This document shows positions 1 through 9,974 of a stretch of DNA of 64,000 bases, piece after piece (the first letter of the stretch is position 1; each line of letters starts with the position of its first letter). The notes beneath the pieces were generated by a model, which saw nothing but the letters and a program-made list of their open reading frames with translations, was not told the origin of the DNA and searched no databases. The DNA lies in IMG/VR virus record IMGVR_UViG_3300020419_000004; one strand, 5' to 3'. Origin of the DNA: a virus. The position numbers were made by a program, and so were the translations under genes.

Positions 1-2
1 GT

Positions 3-3000
3 TCTATCACTGTAGATTCAGCGAAACCTGAGTGTGCTAACGTTGTATCTGCGTTGACTACTAACTGGGGTATATTAGATAACGTATTGTCAAGTGGTAC
101 TGCATACAGTGGAACTACAACAGTTCCTGATCCACTCATTCAGGAACAGGATGCTGCTAAGTATAGTTTCCCACTACTTAATATTTTCTTAGATCTTCCA
201 GTTATTGAAGCATCTCCTTACATTCAGAACTCTTCACTTATATCATTCCTTGGTGGTTCTGGTTGTGACATTGACGGTGCTAAGGTTGCTACACCTAACG
301 TACCTAGACCTGGTCTTAAATTAGATGGACTAGGTAATAGTATTGCACAGTTCGACCCACAAGGTAAGTCGATGGTTGCAAACGCATTCACTATCATCTG
401 TTTTGGTGGTACTGCGTACAACGTCAGTAATGATGGATACACCCAGTTAGTTTCTGTATTCGCTATCTTCTGTCAAGATGGTATCTTCTGTCAGTCTGGT
501 GGTTATGCATCTGTTACTAACTCAGCATCTAACTTTGGTACATACTCACTACGTGCTACTGGATTTAGAGCAGAACCATACTCATTTGATATTGGTGTTA
601 TTGATAGTATCACTAATGACGCTGATGGAAATGGAGTAGAAAATGGTAGACAGGTCATTCAGGTTTCTGGTACAACCTTAACTAACATCCCTGTTGAAGA
701 TTACATCATCAGAATTGGTGACACTAATCCTACAGACCCTGCTGTTGAGCATATCATTCTTGAAACTGAAGTTGTTTCTGGTGCTCCTGGTACTCAAGTT
801 GTTGCCAAGATTACAACTAACAGGTCAATGGATTATACATTGACTGCTTCACCTAATACTAGGTACGACTATGCTAGTGGTAACCTATCTGGTCTTGTCG
901 GTAAATCAATTCAGTTCCACAGACCATCTGTATGTAACTCATCATCACATACTTGGGAATTCTCAGGTTCAGGTAATACCTACGCTGCGTTACCACAGAA
1001 CGGTGGTTTCGGTCTAGGTACTGCATACGAAGCATCAGAACAAGCATTCGGTCAGGTTTATACTTCAGGTACTAACGAGTTTGGTGACTTCAAGGTTGGT
1101 AATTTCGTTACTATCTTCAACAGAACTGGTAATATTAGTTTCGTTGGTACTGTTAGTATCTCTGAACTATCATCTATCAAGATTGTTGGTGGTGACATCA
1201 CGGTTACAGGTTTCTCTGACGCTGATACTCTTGGTGGTGTATTCGCATCTGATAGTTTACTACCTACTCAGGCATCAGTTAAAGACTATATTTCAAATAA
1301 TCTAGGACCATACCTCAACCAACCATATTCAACAAACGCAGTTCCATCTGCACTGGTTCAGTTAACATCTTCAGGTAAGATCAACATTGACCAGATACCT
1401 GCTTTACGTCCATTCAATATCACCTCTGTTACATCTGAAGCAGAAAGACTTGCAATTGAGAACGCACAAGCTGGTGACATTGCTATCCAAACAACTGCTA
1501 CATCATTCAGTGTTGCACCTGCATCTATTAACACAGGTGCCGATACAATCACCATTGCTTCTCATGGAGCAAACACTGGTGATGGATTAACATACACACA
1601 AGGTACTACTGCAATCGGTGGTCTATCGACTAACACCAAGTACTTCGCTATTAAGGTTGATGACAATACTATTAAACTTGCAACTACCAAGTCTAATGCA
1701 ACCAACAACCAAATTATAACTTTAAGCGGTCAAGGTACTGGTACTCATACATTCACAACTGATGGTGTTGCGGTTTCATACATCTTGGAGAATGACTTAG
1801 AAAGTCAGTTCTTAGCATTCCAACCAGACAGTAACTTCTCATTTAGTGTTGGAGCAATTGTACAAGGTAGTACAACTACTGCTCGTGGTACTGTTTCAGC
1901 ATTCAACGATGGTCAAATATTTAACTTCGTCATCAGTGATGGTGGTGGAGATTACACTGGAGACTTTGCACTAACAATTGCTGCACCTGATGATGCAGGT
2001 GGTACACAGGCAGCTGCTACTGCTAACGTCACAAGTGGTATCGTAACCAAGGTTACTATCACTAACGCTGGTTCTGGATACTATACACAACCAACTGTTA
2101 CTGCACCTAACTCACCAAGTAACAATAATGCAGTAATCGCTGCACAGATTGAAGGACGTGTAGCAATTAACATTGCAAACAATATTAAGTTTGACGCTTC
2201 TGACTTCTTACTAGATGGTGCAAACGCTAACCTAGGAACAGGTACATACAGTCAGACTGGTTCCACTATTACTGTTAGTGAGAGTGGGCATAACTTAGCA
2301 AACGGTGCACTAGCATACTTAGACTTTACAAGTGGTCAAGGTGCTGATGGTTTCTATGCTATCACTCTAGTTAACGCTAATGAATTTACAGTAACCTCTG
2401 CTACATCAACAAGTACTACTGGTAACGTTTCTAGGAAACGAATTATTGATCTTACTAGAGTAATTAATACATCTGGTAGTAACATTGCTAACTGGACACA
2501 GTTGACATCTACTAACATTGATGCTTCTAACATCGTTGCAGGTACTGTTGACCCAGAGAGACTAGCGAATAAAGGTATATCTAACTCCTTTACATTCTTA
2601 CGTGGTGATAGTTCTTGGGAGTATGCACTACAATCAATTAGACCTAGCACACAAGATGCTGTGGTTATCGGTGGATCTGTAACTGATAGTTCTTACATTG
2701 ATACTATTACAATTACAAATGGTGGTACAGGATATACCAACGGTACATATCAAAACTTACCACTACAAGGTGGTAACGTTAGCATCTCAGACGCAGGTGT
2801 TGCGAGAGCTACTTACATAGTTTCTGGTGGTGTTATTACATCCGCACAGGTTACTGACTCAGGAACAGGATATACTGCTGGATTTAGCGTAACAATTCCA
2901 TCTGAGTTTGGTGGTGGTAATGGAGCAATACTTGCTGCTAACAAAGGAACAATCAACCGTGCCTTTGGTAACATTGAGATTGATATTAAAAAAGGTGATA

Positions 3001-5597
3001 ACTTAACTCCAGCTGCATCTGTTTATGGTAACTACGGTGTATTCAGATTTAGAAAAGACATTGCTAACCAAGCAATTGGTAACCAAGATCAAGGTGGATT
3101 TATTATTGACAATGATGGTCAGGTTTCAATTGACCAAGGTCCAGGATCTGGACTTAACGCTGACTTACTAGATGGTAACGGTGGAGGTTTCTATACTAAT
3201 GCAAGTAACCTAACTCAGGGTACTCTTGCTGCTGCAAGACTAGCAAATACCACATATGCAATATCCATATCTGGTACTGCTGACAAAGCAAACAGAATAT
3301 TCAACGAGTCTGCATCACTAACTTCAAACCCTGCTCCTGCACAGGCATCAGACGGTGTTGGTGCTGCACTAAGAAATAATACTGCTACTGGTCTGAATGA
3401 TGGTGGTACCACACACGGTATCATGACTTACAGAAGACAAGCAACTGGTACTGCTACAACTCAGCTTGGTTTCACTGATAATAATAACCTTTGGGTTAGA
3501 GGTAACAGTGGTGGTAATGCAGTATATGGTAACTGGTATAAGATGTGGTCAGGACTCAACGATGGTGCTGGCAGTGGATTGGATGCTGATAAATTAGATT
3601 CACATCAAGGTTTATGGTATCAGTCTGGTTATAACTTCGGTGCTTCTCAGGGTGGCATCAACAAACCTATGGGTGACATCTTCTTACCTGAGGTTCTTGG
3701 TGAAGACAAGATGGTATTTGAGAACTTCTATCTCAATGATAGTGGACTCAAGTATACATTATACGTTCCAGATTTCCATGTAAGCACAGGTACTGGTGGT
3801 AACGTCAACAATGGTGGTACATACACTATCTACTCTGACGTAGGTGCAACAAACAACATAGGTTCTATCGTAGTTGATGGAGCAGGTGTTCAGGAACTTA
3901 CACACACTTCAGGTGAGATATACTCTCTCATAACTGGTACGATCGCATTTGTTGGTAACAATACCAACGCAAACATATATGTTGTAGGTCCTAACCCAGG
4001 TACTAAGTGGACTGTAACATCATCCAACTTGATCTCTAGTGGTTCTTCCACAGTGATCGGAATGCGTGATGCTGCTGCAGGTGCTAAGTTACAGGTTGGT
4101 AAAGCATCTGTTTCTACAACTCCAACTGTAGACTTCCGTTCTTCAGGACAAGCACCTGAGTACGATGTACAGTTCCTTATTTCTGGTGGTAATACCAACA
4201 ACGGAAATGGTACTATAAGAATTAACACTGGTGATATTACCGTTAATGGTAACACCATGTGGCATGCAGGAAACGATGGTAGTTCCTCACAGCTAGACGC
4301 TCACTACGTAGATGGATTTACTCAATCAACATCTGCTAACGCAAACACACTTGCACGTAGAGATGCATCAGGACACTTAACAGTCAATGACTTAACAGGT
4401 GACCAAGGTATATTCCAGAACACTGGTGCTTCAATATTACAACTTGCTGATGGTAACGGTGTTAACTTAGGTAAGGCAACAACTAACGCTCTATCAATTC
4501 AAGGTAGAAACAGTGCTAGTGTTGGTTACATCCGCTTTGGTAATGACAGTAATAGTTTCGGTTACAATGGAACATATCTAAACTACAATAACGTTACCTT
4601 CCGTAGCGGTAGAGTAGGTATTGGTGATACAAATCCTGGCTCACCTCTTGAGATTGTTGCTGAGGGTAATGCTAGTTCTGCTACTGCATTTGCTGACTTT
4701 AGAGACGGTAGATCAGGATACGGTAGAATAACATTTGGTGCTGACGGATCATCTTCCTTCATGACCTTTACTGATACTGACAACGATATGGGTTGGCAGT
4801 TAGGTGCTGATGATAATGATCAGTCATGGTTTGCTATTAGAAACTTTGCTGATGCTAGTGGTGCATTATCAACATCATTCCAATCAAATGCTAAAGTAAA
4901 TGCAGCGTTAGCAATTTACTCTGCAACTGGTAGAGTATTCATTAACAAAGGATCTGGTGTAAGCACTGGTAGTGGATCACAACTAATGGTTGGTGGTTCA
5001 GTTGAAGCTAGCAGTCAACTTAAATCTACTGTTGCAACTGGTACTGCACCAATCAGTGTTTCATCAACAACTGTATGTACTAACCTTAACGCAGATCTAC
5101 TCGATGGTTATACTGCACTTAACCTTCCATACTTGGGTGCTAGTGTTAACACATGGTTGAATGATGATGGTGGACAACCAAGATTCTACTTTGGTAATAA
5201 CTCTCACACATACTTTAGAACAGGTGACAACTACTACTGGAGATCTGACAATGATACCAGTATGGGTTCATGTGATGGTAACGGTGGTACATGGACATTC
5301 TACTCAGGTAGTGACCAAACACAGACATCTTACAGGGTAGAAGTCAGAGGACAGAACGGATTAAACATCGACAGTGACTCTGTTGGTTTATCAAGTGGTC
5401 AAAGATCTGTTGTACTTCGTGCTAACGGAGACAAGCAGTGGATCGACACATACGGTATTATTAAGAGAAACCGTAATAACATTTCGGAAAACATATCTAT
5501 TAACAATGGGGACAACTGTCAAAGCATTGGTCCTATTACTATAAATAATGGATATACCATTACTATAAATAGCGGTGGATACTGGAGTATCAATTAA
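3..5597 (+). CDS. Large tail fibre / virion structural protein, 5'-truncated by the window edge
   Basis: Frame is open from base 3 (SITVDSAKPECANVVSALTTNW...), so 54 is not the true start. G/S/T/N-rich, with V..I.I..GSGY repeats, four L(N/D)AD.LDG-type fibre motifs and a C-terminal ISENISI...SIGPITI...W.I cap typical of marine phage fibres. Confidence 0.75.
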   Translation, partial: SITVDSAKPECANVVSALTTNWGILDNVLSSGTAYSGTTTVPDPLIQEQDAAKYSFPLLNIFLDLPVIEASPYIQNSSLISFLGGSGCDIDGAKVATPNVPRPGLKLDGLGNSIAQFDPQGKSMVANAFTIICFGGTAYNVSNDGYTQLVSVFAIFCQDGIFCQSGGYASVTNSASNFGTYSLRATGFRAEPYSFDIGVIDSITNDADGNGVENGRQVIQVSGTTLTNIPVEDYIIRIGDTNPTDPAVEHIILETEVVSGAPGTQVVAKITTNRSMDYTLTASPNTRYDYASGNLSGLVGKSIQFHRPSVCNSSSHTWEFSGSGNTYAALPQNGGFGLGTAYEASEQAFGQVYTSGTNEFGDFKVGNFVTIFNRTGNISFVGTVSISELSSIKIVGGDITVTGFSDADTLGGVFASDSLLPTQASVKDYISNNLGPYLNQPYSTNAVPSALVQLTSSGKINIDQIPALRPFNITSVTSEAERLAIENAQAGDIAIQTTATSFSVAPASINTGADTITIASHGANTGDGLTYTQGTTAIGGLSTNTKYFAIKVDDNTIKLATTKSNATNNQIITLSGQGTGTHTFTTDGVAVSYILENDLESQFLAFQPDSNFSFSVGAIVQGSTTTARGTVSAFNDGQIFNFVISDGGGDYTGDFALTIAAPDDAGGTQAAATANVTSGIVTKVTITNAGSGYYTQPTVTAPNSPSNNNAVIAAQIEGRVAINIANNIKFDASDFLLDGANANLGTGTYSQTGSTITVSESGHNLANGALAYLDFTSGQGADGFYAITLVNANEFTVTSATSTSTTGNVSRKRIIDLTRVINTSGSNIANWTQLTSTNIDASNIVAGTVDPERLANKGISNSFTFLRGDSSWEYALQSIRPSTQDAVVIGGSVTDSSYIDTITITNGGTGYTNGTYQNLPLQGGNVSISDAGVARATYIVSGGVITSAQVTDSGTGYTAGFSVTIPSEFGGGNGAILAANKGTINRAFGNIEIDIKKGDNLTPAASVYGNYGVFRFRKDIANQAIGNQDQGGFIIDNDGQVSIDQGPGSGLNADLLDGNGGGFYTNASNLTQGTLAAARLANTTYAISISGTADKANRIFNESASLTSNPAPAQASDGVGAALRNNTATGLNDGGTTHGIMTYRRQATGTATTQLGFTDNNNLWVRGNSGGNAVYGNWYKMWSGLNDGAGSGLDADKLDSHQGLWYQSGYNFGASQGGINKPMGDIFLPEVLGEDKMVFENFYLNDSGLKYTLYVPDFHVSTGTGGNVNNGGTYTIYSDVGATNNIGSIVVDGAGVQELTHTSGEIYSLITGTIAFVGNNTNANIYVVGPNPGTKWTVTSSNLISSGSSTVIGMRDAAAGAKLQVGKASVSTTPTVDFRSSGQAPEYDVQFLISGGNTNNGNGTIRINTGDITVNGNTMWHAGNDGSSSQLDAHYVDGFTQSTSANANTLARRDASGHLTVNDLTGDQGIFQNTGASILQLADGNGVNLGKATTNALSIQGRNSASVGYIRFGNDSNSFGYNGTYLNYNNVTFRSGRVGIGDTNPGSPLEIVAEGNASSATAFADFRDGRSGYGRITFGADGSSSFMTFTDTDNDMGWQLGADDNDQSWFAIRNFADASGALSTSFQSNAKVNAALAIYSATGRVFINKGSGVSTGSGSQLMVGGSVEASSQLKSTVATGTAPISVSSTTVCTNLNADLLDGYTALNLPYLGASVNTWLNDDGGQPRFYFGNNSHTYFRTGDNYYWRSDNDTSMGSCDGNGGTWTFYSGSDQTQTSYRVEVRGQNGLNIDSDSVGLSSGQRSVVLRANGDKQWIDTYGIIKRNRNNISENISINNGDNCQSIGPITINNGYTITINSGGYWSIN

Positions 5598-5609
5598 CAA
5601 AAAGTAATT

Positions 5610-6365
5610 ATGGCTGGCATTTTAAGGGTTGACCAAATCCAAAGTACAGGTGGAAGTAACGTTATAGACGTTTCTTCTGGCTCATTCAAACTCTGGAACG
5701 GAAGTTCATACGAGAGTTTCACTATTGAAGGTGCGTTGATTTCGATGAACGTATACACATCACAGAATGGTACATGGAACAGTAAGTCCACTTCTGGTTC
5801 TTCAGGAACATGGAGTAAACCTTCAGGTTGCAGTAATGTTCTCGTCTACTGCACAGGTGGTGGCGGTGGTGTTCGCTGTAATGACAACTCTTATCGTGGA
5901 GCTGGTGGTGGCGGTGGTGCTACTGCTATCAAATATATTGATGTTTCTAACGTAGGTTCAGTCGGATATACTTATGGTGGTGGCGGTGGATACGCCCGTA
6001 ACGGAGGTAGAGGAGGTACAGGTGGTACTTCATCCTTCGGTTCATACTGCACAGCAGGTGGTGGACAAGGTGGTCAAACCGATAACCCATATCAGGGAGG
6101 TCCTGGTGGATCAGCATCTGGTGGTGATATTAATGTACCTGGCGGTGGTGGTGAGATGTCTCACGGTCACAACAGAGAAGGTGGTGGTGGATCATCATTC
6201 TGGCACAAGGCAGGATCTTCACACCATTATGCCAACAACCAAGAAGAGATTACTCATGGTCAGTGGGGATCTGGTGGAGGATATGGTTATTATTCTCAAA
6301 ACAGTTATGCACACAACAACGGTAACGGTGGTGCAGGCGTAGTTATCGTATTCAATTACACATAA
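5610..6365 (+). CDS. Glycine-rich tail fibre-associated protein
   Basis: N-terminal ILRVDQIQ motif, repeated GGGGG/AGGGQGG tracts and C-terminal GNGGAGVVIVF, as in Gly-rich minor fibre proteins; directly follows the large fibre gene. Confidence 0.65.
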   Translation: MAGILRVDQIQSTGGSNVIDVSSGSFKLWNGSSYESFTIEGALISMNVYTSQNGTWNSKSTSGSSGTWSKPSGCSNVLVYCTGGGGGVRCNDNSYRGAGGGGGATAIKYIDVSNVGSVGYTYGGGGGYARNGGRGGTGGTSSFGSYCTAGGGQGGQTDNPYQGGPGGSASGGDINVPGGGGEMSHGHNREGGGGSSFWHKAGSSHHYANNQEEITHGQWGSGGGYGYYSQNSYAHNNGNGGAGVVIVFNYT

Positions 6366-6370
6366 AGATT

Positions 6371-6736
6371 ATGAGTTTCGCATTAGTAGACAGAGCATCT
6401 AACCAAACTATACAGTTTGTGGTAGAAGAAGAAGAGTGCTTTGAATGTCACGAAGATTTTAAATGGGTAGACATCCCTGACGATTGGGTCATGGAAGAAG
6501 GTACTAACCCTCCTGACTTTAAATGGAATCCTGATACCCAGAAAGTCGAACGTGCTGTGCCGACACCTCTTGGTTGGGAACAGAAAAGAATGTTTGCCTT
6601 TGAAGATATGACGGTTGAGCAGCAGTTAGGAAACCTCTTTGATGATATTGAAGCAGGTGTCTTTGGAGATATACAAGGTAAGAGTAAATTCTATACAGCA
6701 ATAAAAAATATTAAGGAAGCTTATCCTAAGGACTAA
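6371..6736 (+). CDS. Putative tail fibre assembly/chaperone-like protein
   Basis: C-terminal EQQLGNLFDD...FYTAIKNIKEAYPK resembles small proteins that follow fibre genes in marine phages; family recalled, not searched. Confidence 0.45.
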   Translation: MSFALVDRASNQTIQFVVEEEECFECHEDFKWVDIPDDWVMEEGTNPPDFKWNPDTQKVERAVPTPLGWEQKRMFAFEDMTVEQQLGNLFDDIEAGVFGDIQGKSKFYTAIKNIKEAYPKD

Positions 6737-6739
6737 ATC

Positions 6740-8110
6740 ATGTCTCAGTTAAATTCTGGAACCGCACAAGTAAATACTCTAACTACTTCGGGGAGCACAA
6801 TCTCTATCCCGAAGAATATTAGTGTCACTGGTGATATAAACTTCACTGGTACTTTGTTGCAGAACGGAGTTGCTTTTGAAACACTACCCACTCAAAGTCC
6901 TAAGACTGCGGGTGGTATTTTAATGTCTGATGGTGAGAATGCTTTCTGGGGAACCACTCTTGCTGCGGAAGGCGATGTAGGTGGTAACAATAACTTTGGT
7001 TACTACAACTCATCTCCCTCTACAACAACTGGTGCAGGTGGACAGAACCCTACAGTTTCTTCAGGTGATTACCTTCCTTACTCAGGAACAGGTAGTTGGT
7101 ATGACTACAACGGTTCGCAGTATAATATAACAGTCGGTTCAAGTTTTAGATATAGAAGTATATTCACACACTCGTTCTTAGTTGGTGGTTACAGAGGATC
7201 AAACCCATGGAGATCAGTTAACCAATGCTACAACGCAACAGATATTACAATCTCTCGTGGTGACCAGTTAGACCGAGCAGCATCATATGTTGACGGAAAC
7301 TTTGGTGACTTCAACGGATATGTCTATGGTACTGTAAACTCCTACGGTGGTAGTGGTGCTTCAGTATCTAGTGTCAACCTACACACAGGAACTAACAGAA
7401 CATTCGGTCCTAACGGAACACCTGGCCACAGTGATGCATACAACACTACTCCAGATAGTATCGGTGCTTCAATGGATACTTGGGATGGTACTGATGACCC
7501 AGGTTCTGCATCAGGACAAACAACACAGAGAGGATACACCTCAGGTGGTGGTCCTGGATCTATTCAGAGAATGAACTTTATCACTGAGATGTGTACTCGT
7601 CTTGGTAATGGTTTCAGTAACTCAGGTGCTACTGGATCCGAAGGACAGTATAGATGCCATCTATTTGGTGACACAGGTAACTCAAGATATGTAGAATTTA
7701 GTAACGAGTCCGTTAACTCATACTCCTTAAGTGGATGGGGTGGTAACGGATGGAAGAAGAACTTGTCAACTAAGTGGGGTTTCTGCTATCATGGTAACAG
7801 TAACAATGTTACACTACCATGGCTCAAATTTAACGATACCAATAATACATCTATTGGTGGTGCATTTAACCAAGCAGATATTTCATCTGGTGAAGAGAAT
7901 ATGGCAATGGGTCAAGATTGGGGTTATTGTTTAGGTAACTATGCTTCTGGTACAGGTAACTATCAGAACAATAGAACATGGAAACGTTACCATGCAACTG
8001 ATGCTGATGTAGTATTAGGATTTAAAGCAGAACCTAAGGGTCACCAAGGACAGTCCTCTGGATGTTGTTTCACTGGTGCGTTCTCAGTAACAGGATTGAG
8101 GTATCAGTAA
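6740..8110 (+). CDS. Putative virion fibre/adhesin with beta-propeller-like (Kelch-like) repeats
   Basis: N-terminal fibre-like segment (VTGDINFTG...LMSDG..AFW), then repeated aromatic-Gly blades (FLVGGY, GYVYG, GYTSGGG, CHLFG, WGFCYHG, WGYCLGNY). Confidence 0.5.
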   Translation: MSQLNSGTAQVNTLTTSGSTISIPKNISVTGDINFTGTLLQNGVAFETLPTQSPKTAGGILMSDGENAFWGTTLAAEGDVGGNNNFGYYNSSPSTTTGAGGQNPTVSSGDYLPYSGTGSWYDYNGSQYNITVGSSFRYRSIFTHSFLVGGYRGSNPWRSVNQCYNATDITISRGDQLDRAASYVDGNFGDFNGYVYGTVNSYGGSGASVSSVNLHTGTNRTFGPNGTPGHSDAYNTTPDSIGASMDTWDGTDDPGSASGQTTQRGYTSGGGPGSIQRMNFITEMCTRLGNGFSNSGATGSEGQYRCHLFGDTGNSRYVEFSNESVNSYSLSGWGGNGWKKNLSTKWGFCYHGNSNNVTLPWLKFNDTNNTSIGGAFNQADISSGEENMAMGQDWGYCLGNYASGTGNYQNNRTWKRYHATDADVVLGFKAEPKGHQGQSSGCCFTGAFSVTGLRYQ

Positions 8111-8265
8111 TGAGCGAACAAAACACAGGAGATGCAAGAAAGATGTTTTTTAACACAGACCTTGCATCAAAGATAAAGCAAGATCAACAGGATGTAACTA
8201 TTGAAAACCTTAAGGCAGAAATCACTGCCATGAAGAATAGGATTACTGCTCTAGAAAATGCCTGA
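8110..8265 (+). CDS. Small coiled-coil protein (51 aa)
   Basis: ATG at 8110 overlaps the upstream stop (TAATG); heptad C-terminus IENLKAEITAMKNRITALEN. The track start at 8062 is probably too early. Confidence 0.6.
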   Translation: MSEQNTGDARKMFFNTDLASKIKQDQQDVTIENLKAEITAMKNRITALENA

Positions 8266-9193
8266 TAACAAACTCTACATAGAAGAAAAACTTTTTGATG
8301 TTGAATGGAAGAAAAGAATTCCATCCGATCTTATTGAGGATGAGGATTTCCTACGTCCAAAATACGAACCGCAGCATCCACTAGAACTTGAGACTAAGAA
8401 GTTTATAAAAGATAAAGAACGTATCAAGGAAGGTTTCATCTATATGATGATCCACGAAGATGCTCTTAGAACTGCTGGTATCAAACCACACGAGACATCA
8501 TACTTTACGTTGTTCAATTTTTATAACGTCTCAACCATCAAGATGAACAAACTTGTGTTCGAGACTGTAAAGTCTACCTTCAGAAGGTACGTTGAACTTG
8601 ATGAAAAAGAATTCACTACTGGAGTTAAGTTCCAAGGTGAGATACGCTCACACTTCAAAGACTATGAAGCTGTGATGCAAGATGATGGATCCTTAGACTA
8701 TGAGAAGGTAAAGAAAAAGACTGTACCTGAACATATAAATCTTGCTGTACAGTTCATGAAGAAGCAAGCAATCTTAGTTATTGAACATGAGTTTGATCTT
8801 AGGTTCAAGAACTTTAAGAACTGCTGTGACGTAGAGTCTGAGAGTTGGGTATACCAACTTGAAGAAGCAAGAAAATACAAGGAGAGTGAGGAAGCTAAAA
8901 CTCCTTTCCTAGATATATTATGCATGACAAGAGGTATGCAGAAGGCAGAACTTGTAAAAAGGGTTCTCAAAAACCATGATAAATACCTTATAGATTACGC
9001 CTCATTATTAGGCAAATATCATGCGATACGTTCCCAGTTTAGAAACTGTGAAAATATGTGGGATATGAACATCTTGTACGAAGACTACTTGAATGTTGGT
9101 ATGCCAATCAAGCAAGGTCAGAAACTTGGCCGAATTGATGAAAATGAAAAGCGACTTGATGGAGATTTAGCATATGGCACTTTCGGATTCTGA
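8258..9193 (+). CDS. Hypothetical protein with C-terminal tail-fibre-assembly-like domain
   Basis: 311-aa ORF; E.ESW..Q..EA...TPFL..L...RG....LV..V pattern resembles tail fibre assembly proteins of temperate phages. Confidence 0.5.
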   Translation: MPDNKLYIEEKLFDVEWKKRIPSDLIEDEDFLRPKYEPQHPLELETKKFIKDKERIKEGFIYMMIHEDALRTAGIKPHETSYFTLFNFYNVSTIKMNKLVFETVKSTFRRYVELDEKEFTTGVKFQGEIRSHFKDYEAVMQDDGSLDYEKVKKKTVPEHINLAVQFMKKQAILVIEHEFDLRFKNFKNCCDVESESWVYQLEEARKYKESEEAKTPFLDILCMTRGMQKAELVKRVLKNHDKYLIDYASLLGKYHAIRSQFRNCENMWDMNILYEDYLNVGMPIKQGQKLGRIDENEKRLDGDLAYGTFGF

Positions 9194-9974
9194 TGCACTC
9201 TGTAGGCAAAACCTAGAAGGAAATAAAAAGACTTGGGTTGAAGCTGCTTACAAATTAGAAGGCGGTCAGTCGAAATACCAAAACCAGAATTTTGTAGTTG
9301 GTTCACAAATAACACCATATAAGAAAGTGCAGCAAGCACTTCTCGAACTCCAGACGAGGGATAATACTCGTGTGGAAGTGGAGTATAGTCTTAAGAAAAA
9401 CGAGATCAATAGACGGATGTTGTTGAGAGACTTGAATGCAACTGAAGATGACCTTGAACAAGAACTGATACAACTAGAAATAGATAAGTCAGATTATGAC
9501 AGATCTCTATTCGTAGAGAAACTAAAGACAGTCAACAAAGAAATGGATGTCTTTATAGCAGAACTTGAAGAGAATGTAGATAGATCAAAAGGTATAGAGT
9601 ACTATCTTGTTACCAATGAGGAAGAAGATAGGAAGTACTGGCAGAGTAGAATGGCAAAACAGGCTGCATGTGATATAATTGCATTTGGTCGTCTTGGTGC
9701 AGGTAACATGGATTCAATTATGAATCTACCTGAGCAAGATCAAGTCAACATCCTATCTGGTGCAGTACATCATTCTGCACTGATAGGTGCAGGTGTCCAA
9801 CACATGACACAGCAAATGGAGGGTACCTGCAATGGTCTCCTCAATGGTGATAAGTTCTCACCACCACAAATTAATGGTTCGGAATTAACTGACCGCCTCC
9901 CAGAGGTGCCCACATTACCTGAAGTGAAACATGAAATCCCCAAAGAGAAAATCCGTCTTCAGTCTTCCAATTAA
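9174..9974 (+). CDS. Hypothetical coiled-coil protein
   Basis: 266-aa ORF overlapping both neighbours; long E/K/L-rich helical segment after FVVGSQITPYKKVQQALLEL. Confidence 0.6.
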   Translation: MALSDSDALCRQNLEGNKKTWVEAAYKLEGGQSKYQNQNFVVGSQITPYKKVQQALLELQTRDNTRVEVEYSLKKNEINRRMLLRDLNATEDDLEQELIQLEIDKSDYDRSLFVEKLKTVNKEMDVFIAELEENVDRSKGIEYYLVTNEEEDRKYWQSRMAKQAACDIIAFGRLGAGNMDSIMNLPEQDQVNILSGAVHHSALIGAGVQHMTQQMEGTCNGLLNGDKFSPPQINGSELTDRLPEVPTLPEVKHEIPKEKIRLQSSN

